This document shows positions 27,101-35,500 of a DNA stretch of 64,000 nt, piece by piece. The notes under the pieces were generated by a model. That model was not told the DNA's origin, made no database searches, and was given only the letters and a program-made list of their open reading frames with translations. Every line of letters starts with the position of its first letter. Position 1 is the stretch's first letter. A program made the position numbers and the translations under genes. The stretch lies in assembly GCA_028710885.1 (NCBI GenBank), contig JAQTTG010000005.1, positions 1,483 through 65,482 on the forward strand, read 5' to 3'. This DNA is from Sulfuricurvum sp. (GTDB taxonomy: Bacteria > Campylobacterota > Campylobacteria > Campylobacterales > Sulfurimonadaceae).

Positions 27101-27675
27101 TTTAAGAGTTTATCATTTTCTCTCATTTCGTGTACGAGTTCCAACGTATTGGATGTGAGAGTACTGTATACCGATAAAATAATATCGATCAGAAATCGGG
27201 TAGATCCGCTCATTTGCACTTGCGCATGTGCTTTTGCCTCTTCTAGCGAGAGCCCGTCTTGGAGGGCAAAGATGATATATGCCATATGCCGATCGGTTTC
27301 CAAGATATGGGAAGCGAGCCATTTAGCCAGATATTCGAGAGCTTCTCTGGCAAGATCCATAATCGGTTTATTGTGTTGTTCCTCTTTAAACTTTAATGCT
27401 GTAGAAACAAATTGCTGATGAACGCTTTGATGATCATGATCGAGAGGATCATTAGGAAGGTATTTATGCCAAATAGCTTCTTCGGTTTGAAAATGATAAA
27501 TTGTATAGTCGGTGAGTTCATCAAAGATAGTATTGAGAGAAGTAATATTGGCATTAAACGCGATATTTGTTGCCAGAGAATTGAGCAGGGTGAGCAGTTT
27601 GCGGTGTTGTTGATCCACCATAGCAAGACCGGTTTCAAAGTGGTCATTCCATGGAAAGATATCAATATTTTGCAT
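24139..27675 (-). CDS. Hemerythrin-GAF-PAS-PAS-GGDEF-EAL-CZB c-di-GMP enzyme
   Basis: W...FETG...VD.QH, HF.TEE, H...H and HI...D; RAYIFDY GAF; PAS with IHPDD; RDGD-x5-GGDEF; EALIRW; HKAW...CNFGQW...H..VH. Confidence 0.9.
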   Translation of the reverse strand: MQNIDIFPWNDHFETGLAMVDQQHRKLLTLLNSLATNIAFNANITSLNTIFDELTDYTIYHFQTEEAIWHKYLPNDPLDHDHQSVHQQFVSTALKFKEEQHNKPIMDLAREALEYLAKWLASHILETDRHMAYIIFALQDGLSLEEAKAHAQVQMSGSTRFLIDIILSVYSTLTSNTLELVHEMRENDKLLNAQKIIEEQLYNQDKYQKLLLEFSTSFINLPLDQIDNEIHNALEKMALFAKADRAYIFDYDWKTLTNTNTYEWCAEGISPQIQKLQNIPLKMIPEWFKTHRRGEAIVIHDVSELEEGPLKEMLVAEEIQSLVTLPLINTSECIGYVGFDAVVNKHDFNKSDIALLDLFSKLLFNVFEKIRVQRTLIESEQHFRTVTNTGSALIWTSGTDMLCNYFNEPWLNFTGRTLSQELGNGWSEGIHPDDFERCMEIYTTTFHQRKPFSLEYRLRKADGIYSWIIDNGDPRFDSEGTFIGYVGHCYDISERKKADEELQKQKEEFETIFNVSRDGIAILDLETNFLDFNNTYLEMTGFTREELLTKSCVGLSIPEDHERAIEALKIVLDKGFITNFEKTCLVKDNKQVIINMAIVLMPDKQRILISTKDITEAKAQEQKLHYIAHYDALTGLPNRVLLSDRLQQAIAQATRNRSTIAIVYLDLDGFKEINDLYGHKVGDILLSRLAGRMKQSLRDGDTIARLGGDEFVAVLLDLKDHEDCVPMLIRLLSLASENITIDGISINVSASLGVSFFEEDNNLDADQLLRQADQAMYQAKLSGKNRYHIFDAVQDRTIRTHHESLEAIEHALIHNEFILYYQPKVNMHTGKVIGAEALIRWNHPEKGILPPAAFLPTIDGHRLSIQVGKWVIEQAMRQIKDFKQQGLHFPISVNIDALQLQQDDFLQHLQALLTLYPEVIHGDLEFEILETSALEDITHISYIIQGCHEMGIHFSLDDFGTGYSSLTYLKRLQAQTLKIDRSFVQGMLSDPDDLAILDGIIGLSVAFRRDVIAEGVESIEHGEMLLRLGCVNAQGYIIAKPMPPEELHNWVTHWTPDLKWHKANRVRRNNIPLLFAAVEHKAWTSKVLAYMKYEQQELFAIDSSKCNFGQWINEYGEKHYGGYLFFPEIVQIHNDVHEIANQMLQQKSSGESFNYQEPIDKLLLKSDRLINLLKQLEN

Positions 27676-27811
27676 TCTGGTTAATTCCGTATATTTTTAG
27701 TTTAAAATAATCATATCCAAGTTTATCCAAATCACTACTTCAAGAAAGATAAATCCGTTTTTAATCCCCCTCATACTATAATATTTTTACTTTTTTTCAA
27801 GGCATTTTTTT

Positions 27812-30800
27812 ATGAGCACAGTCCCCCCGTTTACCCATTTACATCTTCATACCGAATATTCACTCCTCGACGGTGCTAACAAGATTTCCGCGTTAGCCTC
27901 ACGGGTAAAAGAACTGGGGATGACCTCGGTGGCGATGAGCGATCACGGGAATATGTTCGGAGCGATTGATTTTTATCAACAGATGCGTAGCGCTGGACTT
28001 AAACCGATTATTGGGATGGAAGCCTACATCCATAACGGTGAAGATTTAGGGGACAAGAGTATCAAACAGCGTTTTCACGTCTGTTTGTTTGCCAAAAACG
28101 AGGTCGGTTATAAAAACCTGATGTACCTCTCATCAAAAGCCTATATTGACGGCTTTTACTACTTTCCCCGTATTAACAAACAGCTCCTTCGCGAGAACTG
28201 CGAGGGGATTATCTGTACGTCGGCGTGTTTGCAAGGCGAAGTCAACTGGCATCTCAATACCAACAGTGAACGTAACGTCAAAAACGGGGCGTTAGGGTAC
28301 GATGAGGCGAAACGAATCGCACTGGAGTACCGCGAGATTTTCGGGGATGATTTTTACATGGAGATCATGCGTCACGGTATCGCCGATCAGCTCTTTATCG
28401 ACGAGCAGGTGATTAAAATCTCTCAAGAGACACAGATTAAACTCATTGCCACCAACGATACCCACTACACCTACGCCGGTGATGCACAGTACCATGAAGC
28501 GTTTATGTGTATCGGGATGAATAAACTCTACGATGACCCCAAGCGTATGCGCCACTCCGTCCATGAGTTTTATATCAAATCGCCCGAACAGATGGCACGT
28601 CTTTTCGCCGATATCCCCGAAGCACTCTATAACACCCAAGAGATCGTCGAGAAGTGTCAGCTGGAGCTGAAACTCGGAAATCCGACTCCGCCGAATTTTA
28701 AATTTACCACCGAATACGCCCTCGAAGAGGGGTTGACTATCGAGGAAGATTCGGAGTACTTTATCCACCGCTGCCGTGTCGGTCTGGAAGAGCGCCTCGT
28801 TCACGTTCCCTCCGAGCGGCATACCGAGTATCGCGAGCGCCTAGAATTCGAGATGCAGGTGATCAACCAGATGAAATTTCCCGGCTATATGCTCATCGTT
28901 TGGGATTTTGTTCGTGAAGCCAAACGGATGGGGATTGCCGTAGGGCCTGGGCGAGGGTCTGCGGCGGGGAGCCTCGTTGCGTATTCTTTAGAGATCACCG
29001 ACATCGACCCGATGAAATACGATTTGCTTTTCGAGCGTTTCCTCAATCCTGAACGGGTATCGATGCCCGATATCGATATGGACTTTATGCAGGCGCGTCG
29101 CGGTGAGATTATCGACTACGTTGTTCGCAAATACGGGCGTGAACAGGTGGCGCAGATCATCACATTCGGTTCGCTCCTCGCCAAAGGGGTCATCCGCGAC
29201 GTTGCCCGTGTTTTGGAGATGCCGCTCTCCCAAGCCGACATGATGGCAAAACTGATCCCCGACGAGCTGGGGATCACCCTGAACGGCAAAACCAAAGGGG
29301 GAGAGTTCAAACCCGGCGCGTTCCAAAAAGAGCCGAAGATCGCCGAACTGGTGGAATCCGATCCGCAAATCGCGCGGGTGTGGGAGTTCTCGAAAAAACT
29401 CGAAGGGCTAAAACGCAATGCGGGGATGCACGCGGCGGGGGTCGTTATCAGCAACGAACCGCTGTGGAAGAAAACCCCGATCTACAAACCCTCGGGCGAG
29501 GAGACGTTTGTCACCCAGTATTCGCTCAACTACCTCGAAGACATCGACTTGATCAAATTCGACTTCTTGGGACTCAAAACCCTCGACGTTATCGACAGCG
29601 CCATCAAACTGATCAAAAAACGCTATGACGTTGATGTAAACTGGCACGCTATCGACGAGAATGATCCGAAAGTGTACGAGATTATCCAAAGCGGCGACAC
29701 GATCGGGATGTTCCAGATCGAGAGTTCGGGGATGCAGGATTTGAACAAACGGCTCAAACCCTCCTCTTTTGAAGACTTGATTGCGGTACTCGCCCTCTAT
29801 CGTCCCGGACCGATGGAATCGGGGATGTTGGATGACTTTATCGAACGTAAACACGGGCGTAAAAAGATCTTTTACCCGTTTGAAGAGGTCAGCTTTGACG
29901 CGCTCAAAGATACCTTGTTGCCGACGTATGGGATGATCGTGTATCAAGAGCAGGTCATGCAGATCGTTCAAACCATCGGGGGGATGAGCCTCGGCGGTGC
30001 GGACATCGTTCGTCGTGCCATGGGTAAGAAAAAAATCGAAGAGATGCAAAAGTACAACAAAGAGTTTTCCGAAGGGGCAGTCAAACAAGGACTTGACTAC
30101 AAAAAAGCTTCAGAGCTTTTCGATCTGATCGAAAAATTCGCCGGATACGGGTTTAACAAATCGCACTCGGCGGCCTACGCGATGGTCACATTCCAGACGG
30201 CGTGGCTCAAAACCTACTATCCGCAGGAGTTTATGGCGGCGTTGCTCACGTCCGAGAAAGACAACACCGACAAAGTGGTCAAATACATCGACGAAGCCAA
30301 GCGGATGAAAATCTTCCTCGGCGCTCCCGACATCAACCACTCACAGCTCGAATTCTCCGCGATCACCAAAGACGATCAAGATCAAATCCTCTTCGGTCTC
30401 GGGGCGATCAAAGGGGTAGGAGAAGCGGCGGTCGAATCGATTCTAGAAGCGCGCGCCGAGGGTGAGTTCAAAGATATTCAGGACTTCATCAACCGCATCG
30501 AACCCCAAAAAGTGAACAAAAAAGTGATCGAGTGTATCATCAAAGCGGGAGGACTGGATCAGTTTGGATACTCACGCCGTGCACTGATCGAGCAGGTCGA
30601 AGTGATGGTTGAGACGGCGAAAAAAGGCTCATCCCTGAAAAAAGATGCCCAGTTCAGCCTTTTCGGAGATGATGATGAGGTGACGGCTGTCGAACTTAAC
30701 CTTAAGAACTATGAGGAATATGACCTCAAATCTCTTTTGGATTTTGAGAAAGACACACTTGGGTTTTACGTCTCAGGCCATCCGCTCGATAACTTTCGCG

Positions 30801-31366
30801 ACCAGATCGACGCGATCAACTATACCCTCTCCAGTGATATCGAAAACATAGCTGATGGTTCGAGTGCCATTTTTATCGGTAAGGTCGAAAGCATCACGAA
30901 AAAGATGTCGAAAAAAGGTTCTATGTTTGGGCTTGTGAGTCTGATGGATTTTCACGGCAATATCGAGGTGATGCTTTTCAGCGACAAAGTTGAAGAATTA
31001 GAAAAAATGGATCAGGACGAGCCGATCGCGTTCAAAGTCAAGGTGACCCACACCGAGATGTTCACCCGCATCAGCGTCACCAAAATTATGACCCTCGCCG
31101 AAGCGAAAAAAGAGGCGAAAAAGGTGGAGACGAAGATCGTAGAAAACCTCCCGCCGCAAGAGCCGTTGCAATTACGCATTCGCCTCAGCGACAACCTTGA
31201 GACGTTAGAGAAACTCTACACCCTCGTTCGCCGTCATCCGGGACGCCGAGAGATCAAACTCACCATCGTCTCGAAACTCGCCGATGTCGTCATTGATTCC
31301 GCGATACGGGTCGATAACAAGGTGATCGAAGAGTTAAGTGCTTTAGAAGATGTGGATGTGATTTAA
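27812..31366 (+). CDS. dnaE: DNA polymerase III alpha subunit
   Basis: HLHLHTEYSLLDG PHP domain, GRGSAAGS, PDIDMD, YGFNKSHS and OB-fold. Confidence 0.98.
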   Translation: MSTVPPFTHLHLHTEYSLLDGANKISALASRVKELGMTSVAMSDHGNMFGAIDFYQQMRSAGLKPIIGMEAYIHNGEDLGDKSIKQRFHVCLFAKNEVGYKNLMYLSSKAYIDGFYYFPRINKQLLRENCEGIICTSACLQGEVNWHLNTNSERNVKNGALGYDEAKRIALEYREIFGDDFYMEIMRHGIADQLFIDEQVIKISQETQIKLIATNDTHYTYAGDAQYHEAFMCIGMNKLYDDPKRMRHSVHEFYIKSPEQMARLFADIPEALYNTQEIVEKCQLELKLGNPTPPNFKFTTEYALEEGLTIEEDSEYFIHRCRVGLEERLVHVPSERHTEYRERLEFEMQVINQMKFPGYMLIVWDFVREAKRMGIAVGPGRGSAAGSLVAYSLEITDIDPMKYDLLFERFLNPERVSMPDIDMDFMQARRGEIIDYVVRKYGREQVAQIITFGSLLAKGVIRDVARVLEMPLSQADMMAKLIPDELGITLNGKTKGGEFKPGAFQKEPKIAELVESDPQIARVWEFSKKLEGLKRNAGMHAAGVVISNEPLWKKTPIYKPSGEETFVTQYSLNYLEDIDLIKFDFLGLKTLDVIDSAIKLIKKRYDVDVNWHAIDENDPKVYEIIQSGDTIGMFQIESSGMQDLNKRLKPSSFEDLIAVLALYRPGPMESGMLDDFIERKHGRKKIFYPFEEVSFDALKDTLLPTYGMIVYQEQVMQIVQTIGGMSLGGADIVRRAMGKKKIEEMQKYNKEFSEGAVKQGLDYKKASELFDLIEKFAGYGFNKSHSAAYAMVTFQTAWLKTYYPQEFMAALLTSEKDNTDKVVKYIDEAKRMKIFLGAPDINHSQLEFSAITKDDQDQILFGLGAIKGVGEAAVESILEARAEGEFKDIQDFINRIEPQKVNKKVIECIIKAGGLDQFGYSRRALIEQVEVMVETAKKGSSLKKDAQFSLFGDDDEVTAVELNLKNYEEYDLKSLLDFEKDTLGFYVSGHPLDNFRDQIDAINYTLSSDIENIADGSSAIFIGKVESITKKMSKKGSMFGLVSLMDFHGNIEVMLFSDKVEELEKMDQDEPIAFKVKVTHTEMFTRISVTKIMTLAEAKKEAKKVETKIVENLPPQEPLQLRIRLSDNLETLEKLYTLVRRHPGRREIKLTIVSKLADVVIDSAIRVDNKVIEELSALEDVDVI

Positions 31367-31381
31367 ACATTCAAAAAAAAT

Positions 31382-31969
31382 TTAAGAAACTGGAACGATA
31401 TTCTCTTTAACTCTGCAATATGCTTCATGTGCAGTGTGCATTAAATAGCGTATAGATTGTAATTCAAGACTTAATGTATTATGCTCATATATGTATCTCC
31501 AGTTTTCAAAAGCTTTATTTAGTGATTCTAAACAAGTATGAATGTCAACTCCATCATTTAAATAATAATGGTTTCGAATATCATTGGCGGCATTTAAAAA
31601 GTGTTGTTTTCCTTTTATCGGCATGTCTTTGTATAAAGAAGCAAGATGATGCCCTTTAATCTTATTACCGTATGCATTGTGAATGGCTTTAAAATAAAGC
31701 TCGATGCTAAAAGTTGCATTAACAATAAATGGTGAAATGCTGAAAGCATTAAGTGGAGATATTTTTAAATCATTTTGATATAAATCATTGGCAACTTTAG
31801 CAAAACAATTTGCTTGACTATAAATACTGCTATGGGTGCTTATTTCTTTGAAAAGATTTTTGTCTTTTAGTATATTTTTGGCTGTTTTAATATCTTCAAA
31901 ATTATTTCCAGTAGCATCTAACGTTGCGACCTTAACTCCATTAAATAGAATATCTTTTTTTGTCATCAT
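31382..31969 (-). CDS. HEPN-like domain protein
   Basis: NATFSIELYFKA...GH.L..LY...F..WRYIYEH (Rx4H); AT-rich. Confidence 0.5.
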   Translation of the reverse strand: MMTKKDILFNGVKVATLDATGNNFEDIKTAKNILKDKNLFKEISTHSSIYSQANCFAKVANDLYQNDLKISPLNAFSISPFIVNATFSIELYFKAIHNAYGNKIKGHHLASLYKDMPIKGKQHFLNAANDIRNHYYLNDGVDIHTCLESLNKAFENWRYIYEHNTLSLELQSIRYLMHTAHEAYCRVKENIVPVS

Positions 31970-32015
31970 AAAAGTTAATTCTTCAAATTAAAGTAATCAA
32001 AAAAATGTTTTGTAT

Positions 32016-32381
32016 TTATTTGCATATTACAGACTTTCCGACGTGAAGAATAATACATTGGCGAGCACTTAATTGATTTGTTGCACAATATTTTGAAATA
32101 TATTCTTTATTATAATTCAAACAAAATTCTTCTTTGCTTCCTGTAGCAAATGTTATACAGTCTCCATTTATACCAGATAGTGTTTTTAAGCAGTCATCAC
32201 TATCGCAGTTTTTAATGGATGCTATTGTTTTTTTCATACAATTATCTTTTGTAATGTTATGCATGAAATTCTCGTTAAGTTCCTCTTGTTTCCATGCCTC
32301 CGATATATTATCTGCATGAATAATATTTGGTACAGATGTAAACATCAACAATATCATTAAAAATAATTTTTTTAAATCCAT
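32016..32381 (-). CDS. Cys-rich secreted hypothetical protein
   Basis: Signal peptide ending IHA; eight Cys in about 100 mature residues. Confidence 0.65.
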   Translation of the reverse strand: MDLKKLFLMILLMFTSVPNIIHADNISEAWKQEELNENFMHNITKDNCMKKTIASIKNCDSDDCLKTLSGINGDCITFATGSKEEFCLNYNKEYISKYCATNQLSARQCIILHVGKSVICK

Positions 32382-32456
32382 TTACGCTCCTTTAATAAAA
32401 TTTATAATTGGGTGTTGTCAATTTTGAAAAATATTGTAGCATGAATAAATATTTAT

Positions 32457-32485
32457 TTGACAAAGCGTACGCTTTTCGGTACGAT
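32457..32485 (+). promoter_or_regulatory. Toxin-antitoxin promoter with operator
   Basis: TTGACA-17 nt-TACGAT overlapped by the perfect palindrome AAAGCGTACGCTTT and a second GTAC half-site. Confidence 0.7.
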
Positions 32486-32505
32486 TTGAACATAAGGAAC
32501 TAACT

Positions 32506-32751
32506 ATGACCAAAGTTATCACCGCCTCTCAGGCACGCTCAGACATCTATAATCTCATCGATGAGACGGCACAGAGCCACGAACCGATCATCATCACGGG
32601 CAAACGCCATAACGCCGTCATGGTCTCTCAGGAAGACTGGAAAGCAATAGAGGAGACGTTGTATCTCAATGCTATTCCCAATATGTCACAATCGATTATC
32701 GAAGCGATAAATGCACCTGATAGCGAATTTAGCGAAACGGTCGAATGGTAG
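32506..32751 (+). CDS. yefM: Phd/YefM antitoxin
   Basis: ITASQAR..IY.LID....HEPIIITGK...AVMVS.EDW..IEETLYL. Confidence 0.92.
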   Translation: MTKVITASQARSDIYNLIDETAQSHEPIIITGKRHNAVMVSQEDWKAIEETLYLNAIPNMSQSIIEAINAPDSEFSETVEW

Positions 32752-33014
32752 AGTATAAAATCCTCTACAGCAAAGATGCGCAAAAAGATGCGAAAAACCT
32801 CTCTGCCGCAGGATTAGCCGATAAGGCAAAAGAGCTGATCGAGATTATCAAATGCAATCCGTTTCAAACCCCTCCAAGCTATGAAAAACTCGTCGGAAAT
32901 CTCAGCGGAGCGTACTCCCGCCGTATCAATATCAAACACCGCCTCGTTTATCAGGTGATCGAAGAGAGCAAAACGGTGAGAATCTTGCGAATGTGGAGTC
33001 ATTATGGGGAATGA
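32745..33014 (+). CDS. yoeB: Txe/YoeB toxin
   Basis: NPF..PP.YEKL.GNL.G.YSRRIN..HRLVY...I...WSHY. Confidence 0.93.
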   Translation: MVEYKILYSKDAQKDAKNLSAAGLADKAKELIEIIKCNPFQTPPSYEKLVGNLSGAYSRRINIKHRLVYQVIEESKTVRILRMWSHYGE

Positions 33015-33040
33015 TATAACTCGAAATAAAAGGTAGAATA

Positions 33041-33250
33041 ATGCAAACGCTTCGTATTGAAATACAAGATGACTTGAAAGATACGTTACTCAATTTTTTG
33101 AAATTATTTCCAACTTCAGCAGTAAAAATTTATGAAGATGACGATAGTGAAGATGAAATTATTTCTGATCAACGTATCGATGAGGTCAAGAGTGGAAAAA
33201 TGGAAGTTTACACACTTGATGAAGTTGCTAAAAAATTAAATTTGAATTGA
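33041..33250 (+). CDS. Small acidic protein resembling a type II antitoxin (orphan)
   Basis: 69 aa; C-terminal D.R..E...G....YTLDEV.KKL.L pattern. Confidence 0.5.
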   Translation: MQTLRIEIQDDLKDTLLNFLKLFPTSAVKIYEDDDSEDEIISDQRIDEVKSGKMEVYTLDEVAKKLNLN

Positions 33251-33260
33251 GAGAAAAACC

Positions 33261-34499
33261 ATGCGTGAATTTAATGAAGAGATGATCAGTTTTATCGATG
33301 CTTCCCCGACCCCGTTTCATGCGGTGGAGTGGATGGCTAAAACACTGGAGTGTCGAGGATTTACCTGTCTGGCTGAAGATGAGAAATGGGAGCTTGAGGA
33401 AGGGCAGAATTATTACGTCACCCGAAATAACTCTTCTATGATCGCGTTTACCTACCCTCCGTGTAAAGAAAAAGGGTACATGATCCTAGGTGCGCATACT
33501 GATTCGCCCCATCTGCGCCTTAAACCCAATCCCCTGACAACATCCGCAGGGGTGAAACGCCTCGGAGTCGAACCCTACGGCGGAGTATTGCTCAATCCAT
33601 GGTTTGATCGCGATTTGGCACTTGCAGGTCGAGTCGTCTATTTGGAGGGGGAAGTGCGTAAAGAGGCGTTGATCAACATCAACCGCCCCATCGCGATAAT
33701 CCCTTCGCTCGCTATCCATTTGGATCGTGATGCCAACAGCTCCCACTCTATCAATGCCCAGACCGATATTGTCCCTATCATTGCAACGGGGGAGATCGAT
33801 TTTGAGAGCTTTATCCTCTCTCATATCCAAGAGAACACCGAAAATCTGACCCTCTTAGCGCATGAACTCAGTTTTTATGATGTACAAAAAGGGTCGTTTA
33901 TCGGGATCAATAGTGAATTGATCGCCTCGGCGCGACTCGATAATCTAGTGAGTTGCTACATAGGGCTTCAGGCACTGTTAGAGACCTCCTATCCGATGAT
34001 GTGTACCTTTATGGATCACGAAGAGGTGGGGAGTGAGTCTCATGTCGGGGCAGGGGGGACATTTGTCGAGGAGGCGTTGCGTCGGATCGCGGGAGATGAG
34101 TATGAGAAGCTGATGCGTCATTCCATCATGGTATCGTGCGACAATGCCCACGCACAGCATCCGAATTTCCCAAGCAAGCATGAAAGTGAGCACGCTCCGC
34201 TACTCAATGGCGGGGTGGCGATCAAGATCAACTCCAATCACCGTTATGCGACCAACTCACGAACGCAGGGACGATTTTTGCAGTGTGCAAGAGCGCTTCA
34301 TGTTTCGACACAGACATTTATCACCCGAAGCGACATGGGGTGCGGTTCCACCATCGGGCCGATCACCCAAACACGATTGGGAGTCGAGACGATTGATGTG
34401 GGGGTTCCGCAACTCTCAATGCACTCGATTCGCGAGGTATGCGGTACGGAAGATGCTTACGGGTTGTATCGAATATTAGTTCATTTGGGGGATTTTTGA
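33261..34499 (+). CDS. apeB: M18 family aspartyl aminopeptidase
   Basis: SPTPFHAV, GAHTDSP, ARLDNL, DHEEVGS, CGSTIGP and SMHSIRE motifs. Confidence 0.93.
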   Translation: MREFNEEMISFIDASPTPFHAVEWMAKTLECRGFTCLAEDEKWELEEGQNYYVTRNNSSMIAFTYPPCKEKGYMILGAHTDSPHLRLKPNPLTTSAGVKRLGVEPYGGVLLNPWFDRDLALAGRVVYLEGEVRKEALININRPIAIIPSLAIHLDRDANSSHSINAQTDIVPIIATGEIDFESFILSHIQENTENLTLLAHELSFYDVQKGSFIGINSELIASARLDNLVSCYIGLQALLETSYPMMCTFMDHEEVGSESHVGAGGTFVEEALRRIAGDEYEKLMRHSIMVSCDNAHAQHPNFPSKHESEHAPLLNGGVAIKINSNHRYATNSRTQGRFLQCARALHVSTQTFITRSDMGCGSTIGPITQTRLGVETIDVGVPQLSMHSIREVCGTEDAYGLYRILVHLGDF

Positions 34500-34516
34500 C
34501 CCCGTCAAGGAATAAC

Positions 34517-35500
34517 GTGAGTCAGAGTATCTCCCCCGAAGAGTTGAAAGCTCTCATTGAACAAACCTATAAGGTTGAAGAGGAGTATGTTGCTCTTCGA
34601 CAATCGTACAATCATCTACAAAGTACGATAGAACAAGTTATTGAATTCTTGCCCAATGCTATTTGGATTGTTGAAGCAGACGGCTCTATATTTTTGCAAA
34701 ATTCCCAGGCTAAAGAGTTAGGATCACTTTTCGAAACGCTTCGGTTTGATGAACGTGATTATGAAGTCAATTTTGATGATCGCTCTTATCTGATTAAATC
34801 GGCACATCACAATGAAAAAGAGCTTCTCAGCGCAACAGATATTACAGATCAAAAACGCAAAGAAAATCTCGCGACAATGGGGCAGATGGCGGCACACCTT
34901 TCCCATGAAATTCGAAATCCTATTGGCTCAATCGCGTTGCTTGCATCGACATTGATTAAAAGAGTGATTCCTGAAAATCGACCGATTGTTGAAGAGATTC
35001 AAAAATCACTCTATCGGATTGAGCGGATTATCAAAGCGACATTAATGTTTTCAAAAGGGATAAGTGCACAGAAAACTCCGCTTCGATGGTGGCAAATTCG
35101 GGAAGCATTGATGAGTTCTATTGGCTATTACAGCTATTCAAAGACAATAGAATTTGTGTTTCCCGAAGATGATTTTACATTAAATGGAGATTTGGATCTC
35201 CTCACGATGCTATTTTCAAATTTTGTTTTTAATGCCATAGATGCTATCGAATTGGATGAGGAAGATGAGGGGAAAATAGAGATTATTTATGCGTATCGAA
35301 ATGGAAAACATTCGTTTGAAATTTACGATACAGGAATAGCAATCGAAAATAAAAAATGGCTTTTTGAAGCATTTAAAAGTACAAAAGAACGAGGAAATGG
35401 GTTAGGTTTGGTTCTGTCGAAAAAAATAGCATTAGCTCATGGAGGAGACATCGAGGTTTGCGAAGGGGATAAAAAAGGTTTTAGAATTACCCTCTCATAG
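34517..35500 (+). CDS. FlgS-like cytoplasmic sensor histidine kinase
   Basis: GTG start after AAGGA; MGQMAAHLSHEIRNPIGS, NAIDA, D.G and GNGLGL boxes; no TM segment. Confidence 0.75.
   Translation: MSQSISPEELKALIEQTYKVEEEYVALRQSYNHLQSTIEQVIEFLPNAIWIVEADGSIFLQNSQAKELGSLFETLRFDERDYEVNFDDRSYLIKSAHHNEKELLSATDITDQKRKENLATMGQMAAHLSHEIRNPIGSIALLASTLIKRVIPENRPIVEEIQKSLYRIERIIKATLMFSKGISAQKTPLRWWQIREALMSSIGYYSYSKTIEFVFPEDDFTLNGDLDLLTMLFSNFVFNAIDAIELDEEDEGKIEIIYAYRNGKHSFEIYDTGIAIENKKWLFEAFKSTKERGNGLGLVLSKKIALAHGGDIEVCEGDKKGFRITLS

Noticed and set aside
28292-30340. Long antisense ORFs (176, 126, 226 aa) opposite dnaE
   Set aside because: Shadow frames of a GC-rich, codon-biased gene; no motifs or RBS
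27812-31366. Intein or split in DnaE
   Set aside because: Length (1184 aa) and motif order are continuous; no C/S...HN splice motifs or LAGLIDADG blocks seen
33014-33040. ATATAAC inverse-core-like heptamer after the yoeB stop
   Set aside because: No stem and no GTT core follow it
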